The position numbers and the translations under genes were made by a program. A stretch of DNA of 64,000 nt, from positions 8,966 to 72,965 of the forward strand of contig JAONMX010000002.1 of assembly GCA_028378565.1 (NCBI GenBank), in the 5' to 3' direction. Positions 26,105 through 36,055 of the stretch are shown here, in pieces. The first letter of the stretch is position 1, and each line of letters begins with the position of its first letter. Below the pieces are notes generated by a model. It made no database searches and was not told where the DNA came from. It saw only the letters and a program-made list of their open reading frames with translations. The stretch comes from Bacteriovoracaceae bacterium. GTDB taxonomy: Bacteria; Bdellovibrionota; Bacteriovoracia; Bacteriovoracales; Bacteriovoracaceae.

Positions 26105-26641
26105 ATGAAAAACGTAGCTTTACTATTAGCGTTATTATTCACATTTACATCAAATGCGGGAATCTTTGACCGTCGCCCAGATCCAACTTCAGATATGACT
26201 TGGAAAGAATTGGTAAGAGACCGTTACAGACAAAAAGTATTCTTTATTCTTCCACAATATCAACTTTCAAATGGTTTCTTCATGAATGCTGAAACTCTTT
26301 GTTTAGCTGGTGAGAATCAAGACATTATCGAGCCAATCGGTAAGAAAGAAAGAAAAGTATGTGCTGATCATGGTAACGATGGCCCATGTCGTAGATACAA
26401 AGTTGTTTACCCAAAGATTGCAGTTGAAGGAACACGTTTTGGTTGTCTAGAGTGGCAAGATCGTGGTGATGATCGTCGTTGTGTTCAGTATGGACAAGTT
26501 CCTTATAAATATACAACTGAATTAGATGTAAAAGTAACAAAGCATACAAAAAGAAGTGAAGGAAGATTTGATAGAGAAAACTACGGACGTTTTCTTTTCA
26601 ATAAGGTCTTCTCTATGCCTGCTTGTAGCGAAATAGAGTAA
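26105..26641 (+). CDS. Cysteine-rich secreted hypothetical protein
   Basis: I prefer the ATG at 26105, preceded by an AGGAG RBS. It has a signal peptide (MKNVALLLALLFTFTSNAG). No recognised domain. Confidence 0.6.
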   Translation: MKNVALLLALLFTFTSNAGIFDRRPDPTSDMTWKELVRDRYRQKVFFILPQYQLSNGFFMNAETLCLAGENQDIIEPIGKKERKVCADHGNDGPCRRYKVVYPKIAVEGTRFGCLEWQDRGDDRRCVQYGQVPYKYTTELDVKVTKHTKRSEGRFDRENYGRFLFNKVFSMPACSEIE

Positions 26642-26658
26642 TCTCTCTCTCTTAAAGT

Positions 26659-26696
26659 GGGTCTTCTAAAAGTGTAAAGTTAGAAGGCCCATTTTT
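26659..26696 (+). terminator. Rho-independent terminator-like hairpin
   Basis: GGGTCTTCTAA ... TTAGAAGGCCC forms an 11-bp stem with one G-U pair, followed by ATTTTT. Confidence 0.5.
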
Positions 26697-26724
26697 AAGA
26701 AATAGAAATTTGATAGGAATTTGA

Positions 26725-27624
26725 ATGGAAACAGTAACATCAGCAATTAACAAAAGCGGAATTGAGATCAAAAAGATCGAAATTTTTAGTTTCACTGATT
26801 ACAGTGATTTTCTAAATGCTTATGTTAATGAGTATGGTCGTTACAGTCACGGTCCATTCAATTTAAAGAATTGGGCGAAGAGGCTTGGTTATAAATCGCC
26901 TAGCTCTCTTGCAATGGTTCTCAATAAACAGCGCTTTCCAACTTGGAAAATGATCGCTGCCTTTTCAGAAGACTTTAAGTTAAATAAGAATGAAAGAAGA
27001 TATTTTGAGCTACTCGTTGAGCTTGAAAGAAAGAAACTAAAGGGTGAGCCTTTAGAGGAAATCATCAAAGAAGCAAAAAGAATAAGTGGACTTCACGAAT
27101 ATCAGCAGATTAACTTTAATCAATTTACTGTCGTAAGTGATTGGTACTGTTATGCCATTAAGAGGCTTGTTGCCCTTAAAGATTTTCAAAATAATGAAGA
27201 TTGGATCTTTAAAAAACTAAGAAGAAAAGTTTCAAAAGCAAAAATAAGAAATGCTATCGACTCACTAATTGGTGTCGGACTAGTAAAGCAAACCGCTGAT
27301 GGTGGGCTTGCTGACTCTAATCCAAAAACTCACACTGGTAATGAAGTACCTTCTGCGGCTATCAGAAGCCATCATAGAGGAATGATTGAAAGATCATTAG
27401 AAGCGTTAGAAGAGCAATCAATAGAAAATCGAATTTTTCAGGCCATGACTTTGAGTATGGATAAAAGTACAGATAAAGAAAAGGCCTTCGACGATATTAA
27501 AAACTTTATAAATGATTTTAACCGTAAATATTCTAAAGATAACAATGGGGATAGTGTTTATCAGCTGAATGTACAACTTTTTGAACATTCTGTTGAAATT
27601 GATGAAAGTCAAAATGAGCACTAG
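26725..27624 (+). CDS. TIGR02147/DUF4423-like protein (putative HTH regulator family)
   Basis: The N-terminus (...YSDFLNAYVNEYGRYSHGPFNLKNWAKRLGYKSPSSLAMVLNKQR...) and its length fit the paralogous family seen in Fibrobacter and Bdellovibrio-like genomes, as I recall it. Confidence 0.7.
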   Translation: METVTSAINKSGIEIKKIEIFSFTDYSDFLNAYVNEYGRYSHGPFNLKNWAKRLGYKSPSSLAMVLNKQRFPTWKMIAAFSEDFKLNKNERRYFELLVELERKKLKGEPLEEIIKEAKRISGLHEYQQINFNQFTVVSDWYCYAIKRLVALKDFQNNEDWIFKKLRRKVSKAKIRNAIDSLIGVGLVKQTADGGLADSNPKTHTGNEVPSAAIRSHHRGMIERSLEALEEQSIENRIFQAMTLSMDKSTDKEKAFDDIKNFINDFNRKYSKDNNGDSVYQLNVQLFEHSVEIDESQNEH

Positions 27625-27634
27625 GGGTTTAGTT

Positions 27635-28636
27635 ATGACAAAAAATATGGGTTTAACTTTTTTATTACTTTGTCTTTTTAGCATTGGATCAAATATTCAT
27701 ACTGGAGGTCATGCACATCATGGAGAGACTTTAAAAGTTGATTTAAACGATAAAAAAGTTATTAAAGATTTATCAGAATTAAACTTAAATTTTGAAGACT
27801 TTATGTCTGATTTTAGAGATATCATTTCTGAAGCAAGAGACGGTGATGTTGTTGGTAACGGTGGCGGACAGATTGAAGGTCAGGTTCAATTCTATCTTAA
27901 CTCACTTCCTAGTTTTATCATGTCAGCACTTAATCAGGATATTATCTACTTCACTCAAGTAGAAAAAGAAGTGCTTGAAAGAATTGCTAAAAATATTACT
28001 AATAATGCCGCTGATATTGTCTACATTGATAATAACCCTAATGACTTCTTTTCTTCAGATGAAGATGGAGCCATACGAATTGCAAAAACAGGTTTTCATC
28101 CAAAATATCCAATATTTCTAAATAGAACAATGATCTATTCAATGTTTGAAAATGATGTGAATTTCAATATTTTATCTGTTCTTGTTCACGAACTTGGGCA
28201 TCAAGCAGGCATTAAAAGTCACCGAGGACTAGATGATCTAGGTGCAAAAATGGAATTAGTTTCTCGATTCTCTAGAGACAAGGTCTTCTATGAAATTGGA
28301 AATAACGGTGTTTCTGTTGAAATTTTTAACCATGGAACTTTAAGTTCTAGAACAAGTATACTCGTCACTTATTTTAATCAATCTTTAACAGTGAAAGCTT
28401 GGGACTTTAAAAAACTTCAAAGTAAATGTGGTACGGGATTTCCTGCTGGATTTCAACTTCTTAATCCCCATTGGACATCACGACCTGTATCAAATAGGAA
28501 AGTTAAGACTATTAAACTTGCAGGTTGGATGAATATTGTTTGTGTTCAAAGTTCAGGTTCTTATATCTCAAGTGCTGACTTTGAAATTACATTAACTCTA
28601 TCTAATGTAGTAGATTATAAAACGAAGATTGATTAA
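27635..28636 (+). CDS. Secreted protein with an HExxH zinc-metallopeptidase-like motif
   Basis: I prefer the ATG at 27635 (RBS AGGGG at 27623-27627), followed by a signal peptide. The motif is VLVHELGHQAG. There is no other family assignment. Confidence 0.55.
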   Translation: MTKNMGLTFLLLCLFSIGSNIHTGGHAHHGETLKVDLNDKKVIKDLSELNLNFEDFMSDFRDIISEARDGDVVGNGGGQIEGQVQFYLNSLPSFIMSALNQDIIYFTQVEKEVLERIAKNITNNAADIVYIDNNPNDFFSSDEDGAIRIAKTGFHPKYPIFLNRTMIYSMFENDVNFNILSVLVHELGHQAGIKSHRGLDDLGAKMELVSRFSRDKVFYEIGNNGVSVEIFNHGTLSSRTSILVTYFNQSLTVKAWDFKKLQSKCGTGFPAGFQLLNPHWTSRPVSNRKVKTIKLAGWMNIVCVQSSGSYISSADFEITLTLSNVVDYKTKID

Positions 28637-28648
28637 TCTTAGATTGAT

Positions 28649-29302
28649 TTACTTAACTTTTTCTTTTTCATCATTGCTGGATACTCCATAGAGATGTCCA
28701 TCAATGACTTCTATGCTGACATACTTCTTATCAATAATTGAAATTGTCTTAATCGGATCTAGTTTCTTGTGACCTTCTCGACCATTAGAGTTAGCTAAAA
28801 TATTAAAATGGAAAATGGTTTTATTTTCATTATTAAGAACCACGAGTTCCGAGTTCTTATAAACTATGTCAGAAGATCCATGTAGTTCTTTTACCGAAAT
28901 TGTTCGATAAGGAGCAACATTTCCCGTAATAATTGAAGAGAATATTAAAATATCTCCAGATTTTTGTAAGACTGCAATCTCATTTCTATCTTTTATAATC
29001 GTAACAGCAATGGAGTTTTCCAAGTTAGTATAGATACCTGTAATAAAGTCTTTCTTATTATTTAATTTATTAATTACATAGACTCTATTAGAGTGGGCCA
29101 TCACTTTGATGTTATCATTTTCATCTTTAGCAGTTGGTAGAGCTTTACTTAAATCAAAGTCATAACAAGAATGAGATACCTTATCGTGTCCCTGAGCATT
29201 ACCATATTTAAAGGCCTGCTCTTTACAAAAATCTTCATTGCCCATTATAGATAATGAAAAAATTGATAGTAATAAAAAATTAGTAATCATCTTTTTCTTC
29301 AT
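28649..29302 (-). CDS. Secreted hypothetical protein co-transcribed with the giant IPT/TIG gene
   Basis: I prefer the ATG at 29302 (MKKKMITNFLLLSIFSLS...), 10 nt after the giant gene's stop, with a GAGGGA RBS. The longer track start would overlap the upstream gene. Confidence 0.6.
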   Translation of the reverse strand: MKKKMITNFLLLSIFSLSIMGNEDFCKEQAFKYGNAQGHDKVSHSCYDFDLSKALPTAKDENDNIKVMAHSNRVYVINKLNNKKDFITGIYTNLENSIAVTIIKDRNEIAVLQKSGDILIFSSIITGNVAPYRTISVKELHGSSDIVYKNSELVVLNNENKTIFHFNILANSNGREGHKKLDPIKTISIIDKKYVSIEVIDGHLYGVSSNDEKEKVK

Positions 29303-29312
29303 ATGTTCCCTC

Positions 29313-32300
29313 TTATGGAACAGTTGCTTGTACGGCATTGACTGCTGTCCCGCTTGCTGTTGCATTGGCATTTATATTGGCACTATAACTACCACTACCA
29401 AGGAACGCTCCAAGGAAGGTCAGTTGTACTGTGCAAGTTGCTGCTGGTGCTAAGGTAGTTCCATTACAATTATCTGTTCCCACTAGCCAAGCTGCTGGAG
29501 CACTTCCATCCATATAGGTAGAGATCGTTCCAGATGTAACAGCACCATTATTTTCTAGAGTAAAGGTATGGGTAACATTCGTTGATTGTGGGCCGTAATT
29601 ATCTGGGTTTGGCGGAGTAGGGGAGGCACCACCAACTTGCCACGATAAATTTGCTGCTGCTGCATATGTGTAGGCACTTGCAAGGTTGCCTGTTTGTGTA
29701 TCTGGATTTGTAACCGTGGCAGTAATCGCACCTGCTGCGTGAGCCGTCGTCGTACATGTCAGTGATGTTGAATTATTAAATGTCACTGGCGTACAGGCAC
29801 TTCCACCAAAGTCTACTGTTGCTCCACTTACAAAGTTAACTCCTGTTATTGTCACTAAAGTCGAACCAGTTGTGGCACCACTATTTGGAGAAACACTGCT
29901 TACAGTAGGTGTCGGGCTATAGGTAAATCCTGATGATAAGTTTCCACTTTGAGCATCTGCATTTGTTACCGTTACAGTAACTGCTCCAGTAGCATGAGCC
30001 GTTGTGGTACATGTGATCGTTGTAGCATTGACTACCGTTATTCCACCGCAGGCACTACCTCCAAAATCAACAATTGCTCCAGCATAGTAACCTGAACCTG
30101 TTACGGTGACAGCTGTTCCGCCGGTTAATATTCCGCTATTTGGAGTAATGGATGTAACTGTAGGAGGGGCATCATAAGTAAAAGCACTCGCTTGATTTCC
30201 ACTTTGAGAATCAGCATTTATTACTGTCACAGTGACCGCTCCTGCTGCATGAGCAGTGGTGGTACATGTAATTGAGTTTGCTGTCACAACCGTAACACTT
30301 CCGCAGGCACTACCACCAAAGTCGACTGTCGCTCCAGTTAAAAATCCTGTTCCTGCAACTGTAACCGCACTACCGCCAGCTGTTGGACCTCTATTAAGGG
30401 TAACTGTCGTTACAGTTGGTGCTGCTTGATAAGTATAAGCAGTTGCCACATTACCAGTTTGTGTATCTGCATTGGTGACTGTTGCGGTAACGGCTCCAGC
30501 AGCGTGAGCAGTGGTTATACAAGTTAAAGTTGTAGAGCTTGTAACATTAACCGTTCCACAATTACTTCCACCTAAATCAACTGTCGCACCGGCGACAAAG
30601 TTTGTTCCGGTAACAGTAACTGTTGTTCCTCCTGCAAGAGCACCTGCATTCGGACTTACACTTGTGACATTTGGAGCAGGTTGATAAGTATAAACATTAG
30701 TACCTGTACCTGCTTGAGTATCAGGATTAATAACCATGACATTAACCGAACCTGCGGCATGAGTTGGTGTTGTACAATTAATTGTTGTCGCATTAACAAA
30801 AGTGACTCCGGTACATGGAAGACCGTCGATTGTGACAGTGGCTCCAGAGACAAAGTCTGTACCAGTAATAACAATGGTGGTACTACCAGCTAGTGCACCT
30901 GCACTTGGAGCAACGGAAGTTACACCAGGAGCAGGATCATAGGTATAAGCCGTGGCCAAAGAACCATTCTGTGTATCGGCATTGGTAACAGTAACGGTTT
31001 TAGCTCCAGTAGTATTGGCACCAGTTGTACATGTAATCGTTGTAGGACCTACAACATTAACACCACTACAAGCGACACCACCTATACTAACGCTAGCACC
31101 TGTAACATAACCAGTTCCCGTTATGGTAACGGCCGTTCCCCCTGCTAAAATTCCGCTTGTTGGGGCAACTCCACTAACTGTTGGAGCGGCTTGATAAGTA
31201 TAGGCCGTAGCTAAGTTTCCTGATTGAGTATCTGTATTGGTTACCGTGACAGTGACAGCTCCTGCAGCGTGTGCAGTGGTCGTACATGTAATTGAAGTTG
31301 CACTGACAACGGTGACTCCACCACAAGCACTTCCACCAAAATCAACTGTCGCACCGGCCGTATAACCACTACCTGTAATGGTAACGGCAGTTCCTCCAGC
31401 AAGGGCTCCCGCAGTAGGGGAAACACTGGTTACAGTTGGAGCCGGAATATAGGTAAAGCCACTGGCCAATGTTCCTGCTTGAGAATCTGAATTGGTAACA
31501 GTAACAGTCACCGCTCCAGTAGCGTGAGCAGTAGTCGTACAAGTTATAGAAGTTGAGGAAACTACCACGACAGATCCACAAGCACTTCCACCAAAATCAA
31601 CAGTGGCACCAGCTAAAAAACCTGTACCAGTAATAGTCACTGCGGTTCCTCCAGCGTTAGGGCCAGAGTTTGCAACAACAGATGTAACAGTCGGAGCTGC
31701 TATGTAAATATATCCCGTTGCTAAAGTAACAAATTGAGTATCGGCATTGGTCATGGTAACGGAAACAGCCCCATTTGCATGAGCACCGGTTATACAAGAA
31801 ATTGAAGTCGCACTAATAACGTTGACTCCTGTACAAGCACTTCCGCCGAAATCAACAGTTGCTCCTGCAACAAAACCTGTTCCCGTAAGAGTTACAGTTT
31901 GTCCGCCAGCTGAAGGTCCAAAGCTAGGACTTACATTTGAAAGAGTTGGTGCCAGTTGGTAAGAAAAGCCAGACGCAAGAGTTCCCGTTTGAGTATCAGG
32001 GTTAGTAACTGTGACCGTCACAGCTCCTACTGCGTGAGCAGTGGTGGTACAAGTCATTGAGGTTGAGTTGACAAATGTTACTGGCGTACATGCACTTCCA
32101 CCAAAATCAACGGTTGCACCACTAACAAAAGCAGTACCAGTTATGGTAACCAATGTTCCGCCTAAATTTGTTCCCGCACTATTTGTTACGCTTGTAACAG
32201 TGGGTGGAGGATCAAAAGTAAAGGCCGAAGCAAGTGTTCCCGTTTGGGCATCAGGGTTTGTCACTGTGGCCGTTACGCTTCCAGCAGCATGGGCAGTGGT

Positions 32301-34400
32301 GGTACAAGTCAATGAAGTAGAGCTAACAAAAGTAACTGGTGTACAAGCACTTCCTCCAAGATCAACAGTTGCTCCACTAACAAAATTAGTTCCAGTTACA
32401 GTGATTAAATCTCCACCGGTGTAAACTCCGTTACTAGGAGAAAGAGAAGTAATTGTTGGGTTAGGGTCATAGGTATAAGCCGCTGCCAGTGTTCCTGTTT
32501 GTCCATCTTGATTGGTCGCTGTAACACTGACACTGCCAGAAGCGTGAGCTGTCGTTGTACATGTTAGTTGAGTTGAGTTTACCCAAACGACACTTGCACA
32601 AGCACTTCCTCCAAAACTTATATTAGAAATATCAGAAGCAAAGTTTGTTCCATTGATTGTGACAGCTGTTCCTCCATCGTCCACTCCATTTGAAGGAACT
32701 ACTGAAGTGACAGTCGGGGCACCTTGGTAAGTAAAAGCACTAGCAAGTGTTCCACTTTGTGCATCAGTATTCGTCACGACCACATTTCCATTACCAGCAG
32801 TTCGTGCTGCCGTTACACAAGTCATCGTTGTTGAATTTACAACTGTAGCTGAGGTACATGATGTTCCAACGACTGATACCGAGGCACCAGTTCTAAAGTT
32901 TGTACCTGTTATTGTCATTGTTGTTCCACCAGCAAGTGGACCAGTGACCGGACTTACTGCAGTGACAGTTGGTGCGGCTTGAGTTGTATAAGAATTTACA
33001 AGTGTTCCTGTTTGAGTGTCAGGGTTCGTTACCACAACGTCGTATGTCCCTGCAGCCAGTGCTGGAGTTACACACGTCATTGAGATTGCATTTACAAAAG
33101 TCGGAACTGTACATGTAGAACCGCCAACTGTAATAGTAGCTCCGGAAACAAAATTAGTACCAGTTAAATTAATAGTTGCTCCACCACCAACTGGACCTGC
33201 ACTAAGAGTAACAGATGTTAGAGTCGGTGCTGCGATATAAGTAAATGAACCAGCAAGAGTTCCTATTTGTGTGTCTGGATTTGTAACAACTACATCATAA
33301 GTTCCAGCAGCACTTGCTCCCGCAGTACATGTTATGGAGGTTGCACTTCCTACGACAGGACTAGTACAAGTTGTGCCACCAATGGATACGGTAGCACCTG
33401 TTACAAAACCTGTTCCGGTAATAGTTACACCGGTCCCCCCTTGAGAGAGTCCACTTGTTGGAGCAATTCCAGTAACGGTAGGTGCAACTCTATATTCATA
33501 AGCATTTGCTAGCGATCCACTTTGGGTATCTGTATTTGTTACAGTTGCTGTTACAAGTCCTGCTGCATGAGCGTTAGTGGTACAAGTTAGAGAGGTTGAA
33601 CTTGCAACGATAACACCATTACAATTGCTCCCACCCAAGTCTACTGTTGCTCCTGTTAAAAAACCGGTACCAGTAATTGTTACGTTAGCGGCACCTATAA
33701 CTGGACCAGAATTTAGGCTAACACCTGTAACCGTCGGAGGAGGTTGATAGGTGTATCCATTAGTCAGAGTTCCTATTTCTCCATCATCGTTTGTAATGAC
33801 AATATCACCAGTTGCTGCTGCACTTGCTGATGTTACACAGGTTGCAGAAGTTGAAGAAACAATCGTGACAGTATTACAAGTTGAACCATTAACAGTTACG
33901 GTAGCACCGCTTCTGAAGGCAACACCTGTTAGAGTTAAAGTTGTTCCACCAAGAGTTGATCCAGAAGTGGGTGATACTGAAGTTATATTTGGAGTAGGGT
34001 AACGATAGGTAAAGGCATTTGCTAAAATCATTTCCTGGTTATCTGGATTGGTCACAGTAACATCATAGGTTCCAACAGTTCCAGAGTTCACATTACATGT
34101 AATTTGGTTACTGTTGATAAAAGAAACATTTGGACAATCAGTTGTTCCAATTTGGACTGTGGCACCAAAAGTAAATCCAGTACCTGTAATAGAAAGGGAG
34201 TAGCCTCCAGTATTTAATCCGTTACTTGGTGAGACTGAGGCCACTGAGGGAGCGGCTGGAGTAGAAGCGCCTTCTGATTTTTTGGCCTGCTTTACTCCAC
34301 CTTGCATACAAGAACTTATGAATAGGGTAATAAGAAATAGTCTTGATAATGAAATCAATTTTTCATAAATGAAAAGTGAAACAGCGTTTCGATTTCTCAA
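29313..34400 (-). CDS. Giant surface lipoprotein with 18 tandem IPT/TIG (Ig-like fold) domains and a distinct 113-aa C-terminal domain
   Basis: 1695 aa. Lipobox LFISSC. The 85-aa repeat consensus is APTVTSVSP..G...GGT.VTITGTGF..GATVDFGGSAC..V.VVS.TSITCTT.AHA.GAVTVTVTN.D.Q.G.L...FTY. Confidence 0.9.
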   Translation of the reverse strand: MRNRNAVSLFIYEKLISLSRLFLITLFISSCMQGGVKQAKKSEGASTPAAPSVASVSPSNGLNTGGYSLSITGTGFTFGATVQIGTTDCPNVSFINSNQITCNVNSGTVGTYDVTVTNPDNQEMILANAFTYRYPTPNITSVSPTSGSTLGGTTLTLTGVAFRSGATVTVNGSTCNTVTIVSSTSATCVTSASAAATGDIVITNDDGEIGTLTNGYTYQPPPTVTGVSLNSGPVIGAANVTITGTGFLTGATVDLGGSNCNGVIVASSTSLTCTTNAHAAGLVTATVTNTDTQSGSLANAYEYRVAPTVTGIAPTSGLSQGGTGVTITGTGFVTGATVSIGGTTCTSPVVGSATSITCTAGASAAGTYDVVVTNPDTQIGTLAGSFTYIAAPTLTSVTLSAGPVGGGATINLTGTNFVSGATITVGGSTCTVPTFVNAISMTCVTPALAAGTYDVVVTNPDTQTGTLVNSYTTQAAPTVTAVSPVTGPLAGGTTMTITGTNFRTGASVSVVGTSCTSATVVNSTTMTCVTAARTAGNGNVVVTNTDAQSGTLASAFTYQGAPTVTSVVPSNGVDDGGTAVTINGTNFASDISNISFGGSACASVVWVNSTQLTCTTTAHASGSVSVTATNQDGQTGTLAAAYTYDPNPTITSLSPSNGVYTGGDLITVTGTNFVSGATVDLGGSACTPVTFVSSTSLTCTTTAHAAGSVTATVTNPDAQTGTLASAFTFDPPPTVTSVTNSAGTNLGGTLVTITGTAFVSGATVDFGGSACTPVTFVNSTSMTCTTTAHAVGAVTVTVTNPDTQTGTLASGFSYQLAPTLSNVSPSFGPSAGGQTVTLTGTGFVAGATVDFGGSACTGVNVISATSISCITGAHANGAVSVTMTNADTQFVTLATGYIYIAAPTVTSVVANSGPNAGGTAVTITGTGFLAGATVDFGGSACGSVVVVSSTSITCTTTAHATGAVTVTVTNSDSQAGTLASGFTYIPAPTVTSVSPTAGALAGGTAVTITGSGYTAGATVDFGGSACGGVTVVSATSITCTTTAHAAGAVTVTVTNTDTQSGNLATAYTYQAAPTVSGVAPTSGILAGGTAVTITGTGYVTGASVSIGGVACSGVNVVGPTTITCTTGANTTGAKTVTVTNADTQNGSLATAYTYDPAPGVTSVAPSAGALAGSTTIVITGTDFVSGATVTIDGLPCTGVTFVNATTINCTTPTHAAGSVNVMVINPDTQAGTGTNVYTYQPAPNVTSVSPNAGALAGGTTVTVTGTNFVAGATVDLGGSNCGTVNVTSSTTLTCITTAHAAGAVTATVTNADTQTGNVATAYTYQAAPTVTTVTLNRGPTAGGSAVTVAGTGFLTGATVDFGGSACGSVTVVTANSITCTTTAHAAGAVTVTVINADSQSGNQASAFTYDAPPTVTSITPNSGILTGGTAVTVTGSGYYAGAIVDFGGSACGGITVVNATTITCTTTAHATGAVTVTVTNADAQSGNLSSGFTYSPTPTVSSVSPNSGATTGSTLVTITGVNFVSGATVDFGGSACTPVTFNNSTSLTCTTTAHAAGAITATVTNPDTQTGNLASAYTYAAAANLSWQVGGASPTPPNPDNYGPQSTNVTHTFTLENNGAVTSGTISTYMDGSAPAAWLVGTDNCNGTTLAPAATCTVQLTFLGAFLGSGSYSANINANATASGTAVNAVQATVP
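29655..34256 (-). repeat. 18 tandem coding repeats of about 255 bp (IPT/TIG units)
   Basis: Repeat boundaries counted from the protein (aa 49-1582). The region is visibly more GC-rich than its flanks because of its Gly/Ala/Thr/Val-rich codons. Confidence 0.85.
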
Positions 34401-34633
34401 TTTACCTACCTAAATAGTTGTTTTTAAGAATATCACTGGAAATGATTTCTATTTGCTTTCTTGTTATTTCAATTACCTAGGCATTCACTTAAAAAATGCT
34501 GATTGAAAATATGACAAATAAATATGCCTTTCCACTATAATTATCGGTATTTAGGACTAAAAAACTGAGCTTTAGGGATGGAAAATGCTATACATAACTA
34601 TTTAAAATTACAGGATTCATATAATATTATTTT

Positions 34634-36055
34634 ATGAAAAGAATCGCTATCATTGGTGGTGGGGCCGCAGGCCTTGCCAGTGCCACACTTCTGGCCAAAA
34701 AAGGACACTCAGTTGTGTTGTTTGAGTCCCATACTCACATTGGTGGCTGTGGTGGTTTCTTTCGTCGAGCAAAGTATATTTTTGATGTAGGTGCTACAAC
34801 CTTGAGCCCTATGAGTGAGCTGAGTCCACTGACTAAATTCTTAAATGATTTTGATATTCACGTAGATACAAAAAACTTAGAAACACCGATGACCATTTAT
34901 TCAGGTGATAAGAAAATATTTAGGTATAAGAATAGAGAAAAATGGATAAAAGAATTAGAGAGGCATTGGCCTGACATTGATCATCGACTTATCTGGGAAA
35001 AAATTTTTGGACTTTCTGATAGGTTATGGAAAAATACTGATCTCATTGAAAATATTTTTACTAAGTCACTTAGTTTTTCAATGGACCCTCTTTTGCTAGG
35101 TCTCAATTCTTTTTGGACTATGAAAAAATTCTTAGACTTTCATAATATTTACGATGAATCTTACATTAAGTTTCTTGATGAGCAGTTGATCATCAGTACG
35201 CAAGCACACTGTCATGATGTTAATTTTTTAATTGCGACTATTGGTCTTACTTACCCAGAGGATATGGTTTATCCCATGGGTGGGATCTCAAATGTCTTAA
35301 ATTTAATTGAAAAAAAAGCAAGAGAGTTGAGCGTTGATATTCAAACTAGAACTAAAGTTGAAAAGATAATAAAAAGCAAAGGTCTCTATAGAATTACTAG
35401 TAATAAAGGAGATGATGAGTTTGATATTGTCATAAGCACATTACCTTTAGTTAATACTGCAAAGCTTTATCAAGATAGAAAACTTTCAAAGATTTCGAAA
35501 AAATTTGTTGGAAAATATAGTGCTCTTACATTCTATATTGGAATGGACGATTTCTTGCTACCAGAAGAAAGTCTTTATCACCAAGTACATCTTAAGAAAG
35601 GAGAGTTACTTGATGATATTGGTGGTAGCCTTTTCTTTAGCTTTTCAAGACACGACGATAATAGCAAAGCCCCCAAGGGAAAGATTACTTTAACGTCATC
35701 CACTCATATCGAAAATTTTAACTTAGAGATGAACGAAGAGGACTATGAAAAATTTAAGAAAAAATTGAAAGAAAAATTTCTCGTTATTTTAAAGAAGTAC
35801 TTTCCAAATATTAAAACAGAATCTTTTGAGTTTTTTGAAATGGGAACACCTCGTACCTTTAAACGTTTTACCTCTAGGGAAGAAGGACTTGTTGGAGGCA
35901 TTCCACATGTCTTAAAGAATCATCCTTTATTATTCCCTAAACCAAATATTCTTGGAGAGAACTTTTACTTACTGGGTGATAATATATTTCCAGGGCAAGG
36001 AGTTGCATCAGTTGTTTTAGGAGCTCAGAATTTAATTAAGAAAAAATTTAGATAA
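34634..36055 (+). CDS. FAD-dependent oxidoreductase, phytoene-desaturase (CrtI-like) family
   Basis: N-terminal dinucleotide fold (IAIIGGGAAGLASATLLAKKGHSVVLFE). The 473-aa length and the C-terminal GDNIFPGQGV motif are typical of the family. Confidence 0.8.
   Translation: MKRIAIIGGGAAGLASATLLAKKGHSVVLFESHTHIGGCGGFFRRAKYIFDVGATTLSPMSELSPLTKFLNDFDIHVDTKNLETPMTIYSGDKKIFRYKNREKWIKELERHWPDIDHRLIWEKIFGLSDRLWKNTDLIENIFTKSLSFSMDPLLLGLNSFWTMKKFLDFHNIYDESYIKFLDEQLIISTQAHCHDVNFLIATIGLTYPEDMVYPMGGISNVLNLIEKKARELSVDIQTRTKVEKIIKSKGLYRITSNKGDDEFDIVISTLPLVNTAKLYQDRKLSKISKKFVGKYSALTFYIGMDDFLLPEESLYHQVHLKKGELLDDIGGSLFFSFSRHDDNSKAPKGKITLTSSTHIENFNLEMNEEDYEKFKKKLKEKFLVILKKYFPNIKTESFEFFEMGTPRTFKRFTSREEGLVGGIPHVLKNHPLLFPKPNILGENFYLLGDNIFPGQGVASVVLGAQNLIKKKFR

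Noticed and set aside
29303-29371. Longer N-terminal extension of the 28649 gene (track start 29371), overlapping the 3' end of the giant gene
   Set aside because: The internal ATG at 29302 has a good RBS and is immediately followed by a signal peptide. The extension (MPMQQQAGQQSMPYKQLF...) is the out-of-frame reading of the giant gene's last codons.
30656-34002. Multiple ORFs of 60-127 aa on both strands inside the giant gene (for example 32041..32424, 33751..34002, 31241..31426)
   Set aside because: They lie entirely within the 18-repeat IPT/TIG coding region. They arise because the Gly/Ala/Thr/Val-rich periodic sequence is stop-poor in several frames. Their translations simply mirror the repeat (VT.V..P pattern).
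29655-34256. Regular tandem repeats of about 255 bp that could be mistaken for a CRISPR or satellite array
   Set aside because: The repeats are in-frame protein domains of one long ORF. The units are far longer than CRISPR repeats, no unique spacers separate them, and no cas genes are present.
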